This document shows, one piece after another, positions 15,092 to 40,559 of a DNA stretch of 64,000 nt. This stretch comes from the human T2T-CHM13v2.0 reference genome, Homo sapiens. The position numbers and the translations under genes are program-made. Location of the stretch: the NCBI RefSeq assembly GCF_009914755.1, contig NC_060946.1; one strand, written 5' to 3'. How positions within the stretch are numbered: the stretch's first letter is position 1; each line of letters begins with the position of its first letter. The notes beneath the pieces were generated by a model. It did no database searches, was not told the DNA's origin, and saw only the letters and a program-made list of their open reading frames with translations.

Positions 15092-16791
15092 TGCATTTTA
15101 TCTTATCTACAGTTATATATACTCCATTAAAATAATCCTAATCAGAGGGTTTCTTTTATAGCCCCAAAAGAAAATTGCCACTGTGCTGAAAACCTTATAT
15201 ATTTTGTCTAACGGAGTTTTTCCTATGTTAAAAGGAGCTTGTGCCCTTTAAGAAATTAGAAAGGAAGGGCACAGAGTGCTAGAGTCCAGGACTAGGTATA
15301 AGCCATTGATTAGCACTTTTCCTCTGAATAAAAGCAGAGAACCTGAGAAAAGGCTGAACCCAGCAGGAGTAGGAGACCTGCGGCAGCCCTGTGATGAAGA
15401 AAGAGAAGAGCTTTTTCTCAAGTACAGGGAGAGAAATACTTACATAGTTTGAAACACTGAAATTGAAGTTGCACAAGGTCTTGCACTAGCTTATTTTTAT
15501 TTTACCCTTTGCTCAAACAGTGGATTAGCTTATAAAGAGAAATGATTACATTTTGTGCTTTCTGAATCTAAAAAGGCATCTTTTTAAAGAAATTACACTC
15601 CAGGGAAGTGACTCTTGGTGTAAGCTGCTTCTCTCCATGGCTCATCCTACCCAGGAGTTGGGTCTGTGCTTCCAGAAAGCCAATTACTGGAAGCTGCTTA
15701 TTCACAAGGCACCCATACTGAAATGTTTACAGTTTCAGTGCAGAAACGACAAACCTGCTGCCACAATAGGACTCCCTTAACAAGATTTCAAATCTGTGAA
15801 GATCATACTGAAGCGGAAATCTCCAAAGCTGTTCCAAACACTTGGCTCTGGAGGTCTTTCTCATTTTTACTCCTTTCTTCCTACTTGCATTCATATTACC
15901 TTCCTCTTTCGCACCCGGAGCCACTGCCATCTCACCAACGCTCTCGCCTGTCCATCTTCTCAAACAGGTTGAGGTATTGTCAGGCAAAGCCACCCTATTC
16001 CTGGAAGTGGCAAGTTTTTCAAAGGCAGGGGCAGCCTGACAGGACAGACACTGGAGGCTCAGGAAATAGCAGAGTCCCAGCAGAAAGGAACTTTCAAAAA
16101 CGAGGATATCTTGATATACTGAAGCTAATGCCAATGAAACTACCACAGGATCACTGGTCCTCAAATCCTAAGCCAGCCCCTGCCACCTCTCAGCCAAGCT
16201 TCAGTGGGGTCATTTAATTTGGCAACAACATGAGACATAGTCTCACATCTCATTTCAGGTCACTCCCACAGGTCATGCTCAAACCGGGGCCTTTTCTTCC
16301 TGGAAACCTACTGGAAGGAAAAACTACGTCCACACTAGAATGGAAACTTTGGCACCCAAATCTGTGACTAGCTTATGAACCTTCAGTTTTCAGAATTGAT
16401 TTTTGCATTTCTCAAAGGGTAACTCTGCCACCTGCACCAGCATGGTCCTAAGCTTGAGTTAAAAAACACAGACTGAGGACACTGTCCCAGAAGAGACTGA
16501 ATGGGAAGCATCCCAGGTTCTTATCCTCAAGAAAGTTTTAGAACTATTGGTTCAATTCATCTTCATAGATATGGAAATTTTCTTCTACATTTCTGTTTCA
16601 GAAGATTCCTACCAGATTAGGAAGATACTCAGCAAGAGTACAATCCTCATTTCAACAGAAAAGGAAAAAGGAAAAAAAGAAAAGGAAACTCCAAGAGTCT
16701 CCATGAAGAAAATAGAGATCTGGAAGTAATATAACCAAGTTTAGAAATCCTGCATAATTCCTCAATACATCTCCTCCTCCTCCACCTACAC

Positions 16792-17130
16792 TTTTTTTTT
16801 TTTTTGAGATAGGGTCTCGCTCTGTCACTCATTCATCAAGCCAAAGAGTTTGAGGTTGCAGTGAGCTTTGATTGTGCCACTGTACTCATAGTGGAACAAT
16901 CAGAGCTCACTGCAACCTCAAATTCCTGGGCTAGAGGAATCCTCTTGCCTCTACTTCCTTAGTAGCTGGGACCACAGGTGCATACCACTGCACTTGGCTG
17001 ATTTATTTTTTGTAGAGATGGCATCTCACTTTGTTGCCCAAGCTGGTCTCAAACTCCTGGGCTTAGGCAATCCTCCTACCTCAGCCTCCTGAAGTGATGG
17101 GATTACAGATGTGAGCCACCATGCCCAGGC
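16792..17130 (-). mobile_element. AluJ with an internal inverted duplication
   Basis: Minus-strand Alu containing a plus-orientation 43-nt Alu segment (see findings). Confidence 0.88.
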
Positions 17131-19003
17131 CCAAGATTTAAGTGTCTATTGTTAGGACAGATTTCATTTATCCAACACCTTGACAAGGCAGTCCAGTTAT
17201 TAACTCCATTTTACAGGTTAAGAAATTCAGCTTAGGGGCTAAGTGATGTTATAGTTTCCCAAGAAGCCAACTCCTACAGATGTCTGGATGAAGGATAAAA
17301 TATGACCTAAAAGATTCTATAATTATGACTCTTTGCCAACAAAGACCGTCCAGTAAATTCAAGAGCCTCTGTGCTCTCCTTTGGGCCTTGTCTCTGGGCA
17401 GTGTGGTGGTCGTATAATAAAAGGTGGTTCTATCACATGACTTTTCTTTCAAGAGTGAGATTAGAAAAAAGCAACAAGTAGAGGATGGGACTGGTCAGAT
17501 TATTGAAATTGTCTGAAAATACACCAATGACTAAGGGATTTCAGAGTTCCCAAGTCAAATTAAGGAGCTAAAGGCAACAACTGGGTGTTTGCTGGTGGTT
17601 TCAGAGCTCCTTGGGGGTCCGTGGGAAAAGTGAGTCTTTATGTGGCTGGATCATTTCCTGGGGTTCTCTACAGCTAATTTGGAAGATCTTAAACAGAGAA
17701 TCTTCTGGAGCTGAGCAACAAGATTTTTTGTTGGCATATTCACCTTAAATGGAGCTTTTTTCCAAAGGTGGGAAGGGATGAGGTAGGTCTGAGAGAACAG
17801 AATGCTGGGTCAGCAAGTTAGTGAGATTCCATTATTGGGAGATGATTTGCTTCAATGAAGAACGGTTTCTGTGGCACTGCTAAAACCCTCGCCCTGCCAG
17901 GAGGCGAAACTAAAACATTAGTAGTTGATACAGATACTATCAACAACCCCGGCCGCCTTGCACAATGTTCCTCAGGTCTCTACCAGGGATGCTTAACGCT
18001 TATCCCTGTCCTGATGTACCCTAGTGAAGGAACAAGTTGTCACTTGGCCCACAGTGAGAGGGCTAAATACTAATGACTCTGCTTCTGCCTGGGAGAGTGT
18101 GGGGTGGGGGCGGGGGTAGCGGTAGATGGTGTTACTGAGAAAGCCAGGCAAAGTGGTTGTTCAGAGCAGAGAACTAAGAGAGTGCTCTTGGTGGACTGTG
18201 AGTTTCACAGGGCATGGTGGAGGAGACTGGCAAAGCAGCAGAGTGTGGTTCTTGACATGTGCCTATTTCCCCTGCCACTCACGCTTCAAACCCCCCAAGT
18301 CACTCTAGTAGTGGCAGGTCCAAGTGCCACATGGGGAGGGCAGGCCTCTGAGGCCTTACTGACTCAGCCCTCCCTTTGGCCGAGTTAGGTGTAGCTTCTC
18401 CACACTTACACAGACCTCACAGTATCCATAGACCATGCCTCCCAGCACTTACACAAGTGCTCACTGAACATAAGGTGGGGCTGCTTTTACCTGCTAAAAA
18501 CTATCCACTGGAAATTCCTTCATTCTGAAATGGTCATTGTGCATTTCAATGTCTAGGAGGCATCTCAGACTTAACATGAACAAAATACAACTCCTGAATC
18601 CCCACCAAACCTGTTCTCTTGGGAGACCCTGGAGGAAGAACAGGTTTGGTGGTGATTCAGGAGTTGTGTTTTTCAACATTCAGGTGGCACTACATTCACC
18701 CAGTGGCAACTCACATTTTTGTCCCCAGAGACATACACTGAAACTCATGAACAACAAAGCCTCATACAGATGCCCTCTATAATGAAGGCAAAACCTGTTC
18801 CTCTGCCTTACAAAGAACCACAAGGACAAGAAATTAAGAATGCTGCTGGTCATCCATCTCTCATCATTTTTTTCCCCAAAACTATAACAGGAAAACAAAA
18901 ATCAGTCTCACTACCAAAACACATTTTAACATCTCCTTAAATTTTTATACGTAGATTAAAATTCTGACCAGCATATTCACAAATTATTTCCAATATTACA
19001 TAC

Positions 19004-19302
<299 letters not shown>

Positions 19303-20820
19303 CAATATTACATACTTTTAAACATACATATTTAAATGGCATCCAAAGGCCCACCTCTTCCCACTGGAGGTTACATTGCTTCTACGTGTCTCTTAAAGAA
19401 CCTGTCAGTCACAAATTTACCCTGCACTGATCACCCCCCATGCCAGGCATTAGGGTGGGCTCTGGGGCCAACTCAGCCCTTGGGGAGCCTATCTGGTGAG
19501 GACGACAATCAGATAAGCTGGTAGTCACCCCAAGAGCAGCTCCAGCTTAGCTGGGCATTTGCATAAGTGCTGGGAGGCATAGGCTCTGAATACTGTTGGG
19601 TCTGTGTAACCTGCAAAGGGAAGGCTGAGTCAGTAAGGTCTCAGAGGTCTGTCCTACCCTCAGTGAGGAGGCACTCAGACCTGCCACTATTGGAGTGACT
19701 TGGGGGATTTGACCCATGGGTGCTAAGTGGTGTAACAGGTAAAATGGGAGTGCAGCTGGGCAGCACTTGCTGCCTGGGGAATGAGGTGACAGGTGAGCTG
19801 GTTTTAAATCGATGTGCTTTTCACAAATAATAGTGGATTAAAATGCCCAGGCCTGCTCTCTGAAGAGGAGGGAGACACAAAGTCTTATATCAGCAAACAA
19901 ATACATTTCATTTTTGAGGGGTTGCCCTTTCAAAGCATTAGTATATTTTTATTACTTCAATAAAGAACCCTACCTAGAAACAAGCAAACAGAATAATTTG
20001 GGAACTGTCCTATCACTTATCCTAATGAATTACACTATTATCCTAGCAACCAGCTTTGTATGAAAAAACAAAAATAACTTTCAAGCAAACCAGAGGCCTT
20101 CACCTGACATGTGTCTGAACTAAGATTTAAGGTTCACAATCACAGCTTTCAAAGTCTGGAACCACATGGCACCCCTAGGGAGCCAGCCACAATGAATAGG
20201 CCTGAGACTTGTTAGATGAATATACATTTTACTAGAAACTTCCACTAGCTGCTCCGTGAGAAACACATAACAGAGATGAAATGCCTCCACCGCTGAACAA
20301 TGTCAGGGCACCCAGGTCCCACTGGTGGTGCTAGTCCATCAGAAGGGACTAGCACCACTTCAGATTTGAGTTCGGCTGGAAATTTGTTATTCTGTTGACC
20401 CTGGTATTGTCTATCTGCCTGTGTAGCAGTTCTTCAATTCTATTTTCATAAGGCACGTTAACTGACAGCAGTATGCTGCCAACATCTTCAAATTAAGTGT
20501 CAGCTCTTAAGTGCATACAACCAAAATCACTCCACTATTACCAGGTTTACGTGGACAGCATCAGATAGGGCTGAATTTTCTCTTCAGTTTAATTTCCACC
20601 AATAAGTTTAGAGACAGGAGGGTTATCTTTACTAAACCAACACATGAGGACACAATTCTAAGGCTGATGCTAGGTAGCTCATAATATTTGCTTCCTTTAA
20701 AACCACATCAACTCAAAAGCTTCCAGGAATAGTTTAGCCTCCACCAAGGAGGCTACTTGATTTCCAGCAAAGTTAGTTTTATCCTTTACAGTCCTCTATC
20801 ATCATCTAATTTACAGATGA

Positions 20821-21124
<304 letters not shown>

Positions 21125-21897
21125 GGGATGAGAAACTTTTTAAGAGCTCTACTAATGCCTAATTTAGGGGCACCCCTGAAGAAAGGAGTTCCATACATCT
21201 CAATTTTCCAGAGAAGTGATTCAGGCTATGAGAAATAGGTACAGAAAAACAAATTGAGAATAATAAAATTCCAAATTAACAATTAATGGACATTAAACAC
21301 AAAATTAACAGGGAACAACATTAATATCACTAATAAAATAAATGAAAAGGAACTAAAAGTTTAAAAAGAAGGTCCAATGCCACTGAGGTAGCAGTAAACA
21401 GGCTCACCTGTCCTCATGGATGCTCATGCCTTGTTATGACCCTTTGTTGATTAAACCACAAGACAATGCCTATCAAAAACCATAACAATGTTGGCCCTTC
21501 TTGACCTAGCAGTTCAACAGCCATAAATTTTTCTTTAAATCGAAAAATAAAAATGCTTATTGCTCCATAGAAAGTAGTAAATTAACTGGAAACCACCTCA
21601 ATAAAAGTGCGGTACTTGAATAAATTACATTATACTCACGCTAAACTAAGAAAAAAGAAATCACAGATTAGAATGAAAATTAAAATTACAAAATAAAGTA
21701 AAAAAAGCAACACAGACTTGTATCTACACTGTGATGATGGAGACTCACAAGGTTTGAATCCTGGGCAAGCTCCTCTCTGGACCTCAAATCTCACCTGGAG
21801 TGTGATGAGACCCACCAGAAAGGGTTGGTTTGAGGTCTAAATGTGGTAATTCACGTATAGTGCTTAGAAAGCATTCAGTACATGTTAGCAGTCATTA

Positions 21898-22540
<643 letters not shown>

Positions 22541-23090
22541 TATTATACTATTATATCTAGTGAAATAATCAGCACATGGACAAAATCTAGAAGAGTCAGA
22601 TATGTTGGGTTATCAGGATTGCGGCATTCTTCTACGAACAGTTCCATTAGTTTTACAATAAGAATAATACTGTTATCTTTATGTAAATAATATGTAAATC
22701 TTTTTCATGACTCAGGAGTTCAAATGGGAACCCTGACCAGCACAGATGGTGCCAGCACCTCATCTAAACCCTGTGGCCAATTTTTCTTTTCTTCTGCCTT
22801 TTCCCATGTTTCTTGCTCCTTCCTATGGGCAGAGCGACGATTCCCACTTCAGAGCCCATTTCACCATAGAGTCATGTGGTAGCACTTTGCCTAGCCTCAA
22901 TTCAGTGCATAAAGGCACGAGGCTGCATTCTGAAACTGAGGAAATAGGGTACAACTGTGCACAACAGAGAGGTTTTCTTCAGGCCCATAAAAATGTTTGA
23001 CATGTGCTCTTTCTCAGTGTAATTAAATACAGTCTTGGTTTTTCACCACATTGTCAGTATCTTGGGAAAATTATTTTAAAAGTCTAAACA

Positions 23091-23375
<285 letters not shown>

Positions 23376-23845
23376 TTATCCTTTCTGTTTCCCCTTCCAA
23401 TTACATTTTAGGAATAATTATGATGATAGCTTAAATTTTTTTGGTATCTTTTTGGGATTCTCTGGGTTTTTTTTTATAAACATGACACAGACCTCATGAT
23501 TTCCTATTTTTCTCTCCACTTTCTTTCAATTTGGATTTAAAAATTTATCAGTTTACATCTATTTGAAAGGCTAAATAAAAAGCAAGCAGTTATTTAAAAT
23601 GCTGTATTAGAATCTAGTGTTGACTTATCTAAACATGTATATTAGGCTGAACTGCCTTCATATCTAATATTTTCTTGTCTAATACATATTAAACGCAAAC
23701 CTAAATTTCTTTTCTTCAACCCTTCTTTCTGTTATTGGTATGTTGATGACCCCTCACCTCGCCCACTGACTTGCTGGAGCTAGAAACCTCAACTTCATCC
23801 TTGACCTCTGCCTCCTCACTTTCCCAAACCTGCTGCATCTAGTCA

Positions 23846-24163
<318 letters not shown>

Positions 24164-24437
24164 AGTCTATCAACTTTGAATCCCTAAAACGTTTCTCAGA
24201 TCCATCCAATCCTTCTGACTCCCGTTTCTACCACATACTCGGTCCTTACCAGCTCTTGCACAAATTAATCCCACAGCCTCTCGAATGACCTGTCTGCTTC
24301 TGATGTCTCCCTACTTATTTCCTGAGTTTCCTTTATAAAACACAAACCTGTACATGTGACTTACACGCTTAGAAATCACTAATGGTTTTGCACTGCCCGT
24401 AAATTAAAGGCTAAATCCTTCAAATACAATAGATCCC

Positions 24438-24807
24438 TGATATGGTTTGGATCTGTGACTTCACCAAATCTCAGGTTGAACTGTAGCACCCAATGCTGGA
24501 GGCAGGGCCTGGTGGGAGGTGGCTGGATCATGTGGGTGCTATTCCTGTGATACTGAGTTCTCACAAGACCTGGTTGTTTGAAAGTGTGCAACACCTCGCA
24601 CCTCACTCTGTCTTGCTCCTGCCATGCAAGAAGCCTTCCTGCTCCCCCTCTACCTCCCTCCATGACTGTAAGTTTCCTGAGGCCTCCCCAGAAGCTGAGC
24701 AGATGCAGGCATCATGCTTCCTATACAGCTTCCAGAACTGTGAGCCAATTCAACCTCTTTTCTTCATACATCACCCAGCCTCAGGTATTTCTTTACGGAC
24801 TAATACA
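24438..24807. mobile_element. MST (MaLR) solo LTR
   Basis: tgatatggtttggatctgtg..ccatgactgtaagtttcctgaggcctccccagaagc..gactaataca. Confidence 0.88.
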
Positions 24808-24987
24808 AGCCCTCTGGAGTTCACATATTCTCAGTATATTCACTGTTTTAGGGGAGGAGGTGGAATGCTATAGGGAAGTATTTGTCCTGAATCATTCTGT
24901 GGATACACCACACAAACTCAGAATTCTTAATTATTTTGGGCCTTTTAGTGCTGACATGTTAAAAAGTTTACTTAAAAAAACAACTTT

Positions 24988-25300
24988 AGACCAGGCGCGG
25001 TGGCTCATGCCTGTAATCCCAACACTTCGGGAGGCTGAGGCAGACGGATCAGTTGAGGTCAGGAGTTCGAGATCAGCCTCGCCAACATGGTGAAACCCCG
25101 TCTCTACTAAAAATACAAAAATTAGCCAGGCATGGTGGCAGGTGCCTGCAACTTCAGCTACTCAGGAGGCTGAGGCAGGAGAATTGCTTGAACCTGGGAG
25201 GCGAAGGTTTCAGTGAGCCGAAATTGTGCCATTGCGGTCCAGCCTGGGGGATAGAGGAAGACTCAGTCTCAAAAAAAAAACAAAACCAAACCAAAAAAAC
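24988..25300 (+). mobile_element. AluS
   Basis: Dimer; TSD ..caacttta. Confidence 0.92.
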
Positions 25301-26659
25301 CCAACTTTACTACCAGGCAGATTCTTTTCTTTCGCTTTAGATAATCGCTATCAAAACTTTGTCATCTCACTAGAATGTTAATGCTTTTACTTAACATGCA
25401 AGGTAGATTTTAGTCCCTCCCTTTTGCCTTCTGTCTTTTGAGAGATATAATTCCTGAGTGTGTTCGTGTTGGCTGATGCTATTTCATAAGACATAATATT
25501 AATACTGCACCTGAAATACCTCACACCCTGCCACCCTTCCCCCCGCAGCAAACTTGAGTTTCCAACAAGAGTAAAAAGGAGATAATGTTTTTATTTCCAC
25601 CAAGGACAACTTTCAAAGAGATTAAGTTCTGAACACCCCTGGCAAGATGAGCTAGCTGCACTATGATGGAACTACAACATAAGCTATAGAGTACTGAGTG
25701 AGCTTGCTAACAGGAACACATCTTTACTAAGACAACAATGAGGGAGGACACCATCTGAGGGCGGTCACCAGTCTGCAGCTTGCATTTCCTCTGAAACCAC
25801 CTAACTGTTGAAATGTGCCAAACACTGCTCTAAGCACTTTCCAAAGAGCAACACATTTAATCCTCCTAACATACCTCTTTACTGTAGGTGCTGTCAGTTT
25901 TCATACTTTGTATGGTAAGGACAGTGAAGCACAGAGGTTAAGTGACTTGAGCTAGTGACCTCGCAAGGAAACAACAAGTCCTGGAATTCATATGAAGCAG
26001 TGTGACTCTGGGGCTCTCACCCAGGCCTCCCCTCTACACAGCTGTTGAGGAGAACGGCAAAAGCCAGGACCTTCCGGGGCAAGTGTTTAGCTGCCTTGAT
26101 TTTCTCTTCTCATACGTTTTTCCAATAAATTGGACGAATCTGATCTGCAGTAGCAAGCCTTGAGGGTCCCGCGAAATTGGCCTTGGCTTGGGGTGCGGAG
26201 GAGGAACCTCCATTTTCCTGAAACAGTATTGGATGAAGCAAGCCGTATCTTTTGGAAAAATCGAAGCCCTAGTGCAGGACCTGTGTGCGGCAAGGCATTG
26301 CTTTCTGCAGAATCACACAAACTTTCCTGCATGAAGTTCAGAAGCCTTGACATAGAGCTTCTCTAACCACACACCAGCTAAGGGGCCGAGGCTGAGGCTG
26401 AGTCACCCTGCAAGTTCCCTGACAGGAGTTTAACTTCACATTTCAACTGGTTTTCCAGTAGAGACTCAAGATATTTGTTGAATTGAAAGGGATGCCTGCT
26501 TTTACATACTATTTGCTGTTAGCTCTTTTAACAGATTAGCAATAACTAGTTTAACATCCCAGGGATGAGTAATTAACATATAATAACTTGTGTGTTGTGG
26601 CTTGTTTATCAATATTTTTGTTTATGGTCCTTTGGGATTTTTTTGAATATTTTTCTCTA

Positions 26660-26813
26660 CTTATTTATTTTGAGACTAGGTCATTAAGACTGGCTAATTT
26701 TCGTATTTTTGGTAGAGACAGGGTTTCTCCATGTTGCCCAGGCTGGTCTCAAACTCCTGGGCTCAGGTAATCCAAAGTGCTAGGATTACAAGCATAAGCC
26801 ACCTTGCCCAGCC
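26660..26813 (-). mobile_element. Short monomer-like Alu derivative
   Basis: Left monomer plus A-linker fused to ~20 nt ending gtctcaaaataaata. Confidence 0.8.
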
Positions 26814-27715
26814 TTGGCCAAAGAATCGTGTACTCCTTATAAATTTTACTTTAAAATCAAGTGTAATGCTCCCCACATCATCCCCCTACCTCTAGAGAGA
26901 AAAAAAAAGTCAAGAAATAAATCGTAGTAAAATTTGAGTCCTTCAATTTGTCATGATTTATTCTGTAAGGTAATATATGCAATAAAATTCAAAACTGAAA
27001 ATTTCACTTGATTCCTTAGAATTTGGACGAAATCCTGAAAGAAAATGAACCTTTTCTCTGGAAATTTAGTGTCAATGTCATCATGCAGTGATATAAAAAG
27101 ATATACCACACAGTGTTAAGAAAAACAGGTAAATTAGATACAAGTCTCTGCTATATACTGAAAGCCATGGGAACAGGGCGCCACCGCCTAGAGAGTGAGA
27201 AATGAAGATGGGTCCCAGCAGAAGTAACAAAAAGCAAGTGCTTGCCAGAGAGAGGGGGCTGGGAGGGAGAGGAGAATGGAGAAAGGGAGTGTGGGAATGT
27301 GAGAAAGGGCAGTTGTAGCAAGCACAGAGGAAGAACAATCAGGTAGGGGTGGGGGTGAGGTACTGGAGTTAGGAGCAGAGAACAGGAGTTGAAGGGAGCC
27401 TTCACCAGGATGGGGGCCTTGCCAGGCCCTGGAAATGACCACCTTCAAGGAACATATAGTTGAGAATTTAGAGAGCATGTAGACTGGTGGCTCTATTTTA
27501 CAGTTAAACTAGAGAGCCTACCTTTCTGACTTGGCTGTTTTGATGTTTTAATATGTGATTTCATTTTCATAATGTAATCAATCTATTTTATATTTTCCAA
27601 ATCATGTTTTCCATCACAATTTAAAGTAAATTTAAGAAAGATGTGAGTCTGTTAGATGGGGGAAGTAAATAATTATCCATTATTTAAACTTGTATTAAAA
27701 ATAAGCCCCTAAACT

Positions 27716-28375
<660 letters not shown>

Positions 28376-28786
28376 TAACCTAAAACCAGTTAACATATAC
28401 TGTCAGGTAAAAAAAAAAGATTAAAAGTTTCCCAAGGGGGGTTGGAAAAATTTGGGAGGGGCACCTTCTATGAGAGGGGAACAAGCAAAGACTCCCCGAC
28501 TCCCCCACTAGTAGGGCTATCCAGCCTCAAGGGATCCATGGCCACCAGATCTACCTTCTGTCACATCCCTGCACGCCTTGGCATTCCTTAATGTCTCAAA
28601 GGTGATTTGTACATACCAAGTTATATCCATACCCATTCAGAGGCAATTACCTCTGTAATATCATTCATGTCAGAGGTCATTGTGATTCTCATACACAATT
28701 ATACCAAGGCAAACAGTGGTCAATGTTGGACAGAAGCAAAGGGGACTTGTGCTGAAATGAATAGATTCACAAGTCCCACACTTGTG

Positions 28787-28820
28787 GGAAGGGAAAAAGG
28801 AAGGGAAAAAGGAAGGGAAG
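28787..28820. repeat. Short 12-bp tandem (ggaagggaaaaa) x~2.8
   Basis: Read directly. Confidence 0.8.
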
Positions 28821-29211
28821 TAAACACCATTTTTAAATATAGAAATGTTCTAGTTTTCGGCAATTTTCAGAGTAGTGTGACACAGGGAGAGGAGCAATGT
28901 CTCTTGAGGACTTCCCAATATTTTAATATAACATCGTGCTTGTCAAAACACCTGATAAATACATAGGCCAAAATGGATCTCTAATGAAATATATGTGACT
29001 TTATCTTACATGATAGGATTAAGGGCATGCTCATTAAGCAAGACCAAAACTGAATGCATCTATCTGCTAAAACCTAGTAAGATAAAACTAGACTCAAAGT
29101 ATCCTGGACAATTGAAACATCATCTGTCAAATTAAATAAAAGGCAAGTTAGTGTAATTTTAATTTGTCCTTGAGTGCACTGAGAAAAGTAGAATAAAAGC
29201 TAGGTAAATAA

Positions 29212-29583
<372 letters not shown>

Positions 29584-29776
29584 TGAATTGAGACACAGGA
29601 TCTAGAGATTTGCTGGGGAAGATTTAGCCTGATTATTGATTATCAATTATTGCTATAGAACACCTAAAAGTTTACACAAAAAAACTGGGCTGAGATATGT
29701 TAATAATAAATGTTGAAATAACGAAAACACTGTCAGATGGTCACATACACATATGCACATCAAAAAGCAATAAACA

Positions 29777-29930
29777 GGCTGGGCGCAGTGACCCACACCT
29801 GTAATCCCAACACTCTAGGAGGTCAAGGCAGATGGATGATCTGAGGTCAGGAGTTCCAGACCAGCCTGGCCAACATGGTGAAACCCCACAACAAAGTGAG
29901 ATTCTGTCTCAAAAAACAAACAACAAAAAA
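29777..29930 (+). mobile_element. Internally deleted Alu
   Basis: Left monomer up to gaaacccca joined directly to caacaaagtgagattctgtctc. Confidence 0.85.
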
Positions 29931-30349
29931 CCCACCAAATACTGTGACTTTCCAAGGAAAGTTGGGAAGCAAGAACTCAACTTTGACAAGAGGATGATTA
30001 ACGGATTATTTTGAGCGCTCAAATTTGACTAAAGAATTTTGTACTTGAGGGTCTTAAATGTTACATCCTCCTAGGATCTTTGCATTTTAAAATGTCATTG
30101 TGTATAAACTTCTTAGGGGAAGTGAATCTTCTACCTCAAACTTGGAGTTTCACCGTGATGTTAATAATGGAGACAGGGAAGGAGGCACAAAGAAAAGACC
30201 GTAATTGGGAGATAGGGGACATGATAAGAGTAAAGGGCAAGCTCCTTGCATGACTGAATTAAAATGTTCTAATTTCAAATATATATTTCACATTCAATAT
30301 AATTTTTACTATAGTCTATGGGCACTTCTTTTTGCCAGAAGGTTATAAA

Positions 30350-32990
<2,641 letters not shown>

Positions 32991-33051
32991 ATACAAATCT
33001 TCCAAATTACCTATTTCATTTTCTGTCCATCACATGGGCATAGGCACTTTA

Positions 33052-38844
<5,793 letters not shown>

Positions 38845-38931
38845 CTAGAAATAGAAGAAAGAAAAACATTAGACACGCATCTCCTTGGTACAAATAAAAT
38901 CAAGTCTAGATGATGGAGGGAATAAAGATGA

Positions 38932-39273
<342 letters not shown>

Positions 39274-39578
39274 TTGAATTTCATCTTTTATATTTTATCC
39301 TATCCACTTCTGAAAATGCACATATGCAGAGAAATGGCCTAAAGAGTGAGGCAAGAATCTGTAGTAGAATGAAAAGCAGCACTCTGAGTGCATACAAACC
39401 CAATACAGCAAAAACATGTATGTCTCATATATCTAATAATGCCTTATTAGACAAATGAGCCCCCAAACTCAACCAGATTAAAATATGGGGCTGTGTTATT
39501 ACTGTCAATGAAAAACAGCAATTTTTCAATAAGCCTCCCAGTTATGCGGGGGAGGGGGTGTGGGGTAAGAAAAACCAA

Positions 39579-39582
<4 letters not shown>

Positions 39583-39609
<27 letters not shown>

Positions 39610-39750
39610 TGAGACAAGGTCTCACTCTTGCCCAGGCTGGAGTGTGCAGGGGCACAGTCGTAGTTCACTGCAGCATCAAACACCTGGCTTCAAATGATCC
39701 TCCTGCCTCGGCCTCTCAAAGTTTTGGGACTACAGGCATAAGCCACTACT
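39583..39750 (-). mobile_element. Alu monomer (FRAM-like)
   Basis: Long poly-T followed by a single diverged monomer. Confidence 0.8.
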
Positions 39751-40559
39751 TTCATTTCTCTGCTTTCATGTATTAGGGTGATCACTGAACTGCGGGTTTT
39801 AACACTGGCTGCTGATCGCCACTCCCCAACACTGAGAAACAGACCTGGCCAGAGAACTGCAGCCAATTCCTTATGTCCAAGTGCAAATTTTTGCAGCTTT
39901 ACTATAATTGCCAACTACCTGTGATGACTGGTGACTCCAGGACACTCAGCCCATATGGGTTCCACACAAACTTTGGAGTCAACCTCTTCTTGGCATATGA
40001 CTGTGTCTACAGCACCCCTCTCTCCACCACTCTCCTTCAATTCCCAGGTACAAAGGGCTAGACTTAAGCCAGTGAATAGCAGTGACTATTCTTCCAGATT
40101 ATTTTGGGAGGTTTCCAAGAAGTTCCAGCACCTTTACCCGCCATGTGGTATTTGTATTTGCCAGTTTTTTAAATTCACAGTTATTACTGGCCATTACTAT
40201 GAAAGAATTAGAAGCAATCATCTTGGAGGACAGCAAAAAACAGAGAGGAAAATAGGAATTCATCAAGCCTAGGACCCAGACTCTTTCAAAGTTATCTGAC
40301 TGAGCCACCACTTTGTATTACCTATTATAATCCCTCTTAATCAATCAAGCTGATTTTTTCCCCTTTCACCTGGGCCTGTCTCCTCAGAGTCAGAGATGAA
40401 AGGGACAAGGCCAAATTGCTCCAAGTGACTTTAGAACCAATTACTTAAAAAAACAAGTTCCAAAATACATATAGGGTAAAGTGAGGTGTAATAGACAGTT
40501 TAGTTTAGTTACAATGGTTTATGAAGCTAGTTTCCTAGTTCCCCTGAAGGGGAGCTGAA

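Noticed and set aside
15666-16217. Three overlapping ORFs (183, 145, 65 aa), one resembling a signal peptide
   Set aside because: Non-ATG starts for the + strand ORFs, no recognisable domain, and the hydrophobicity comes from a pyrimidine-rich run.
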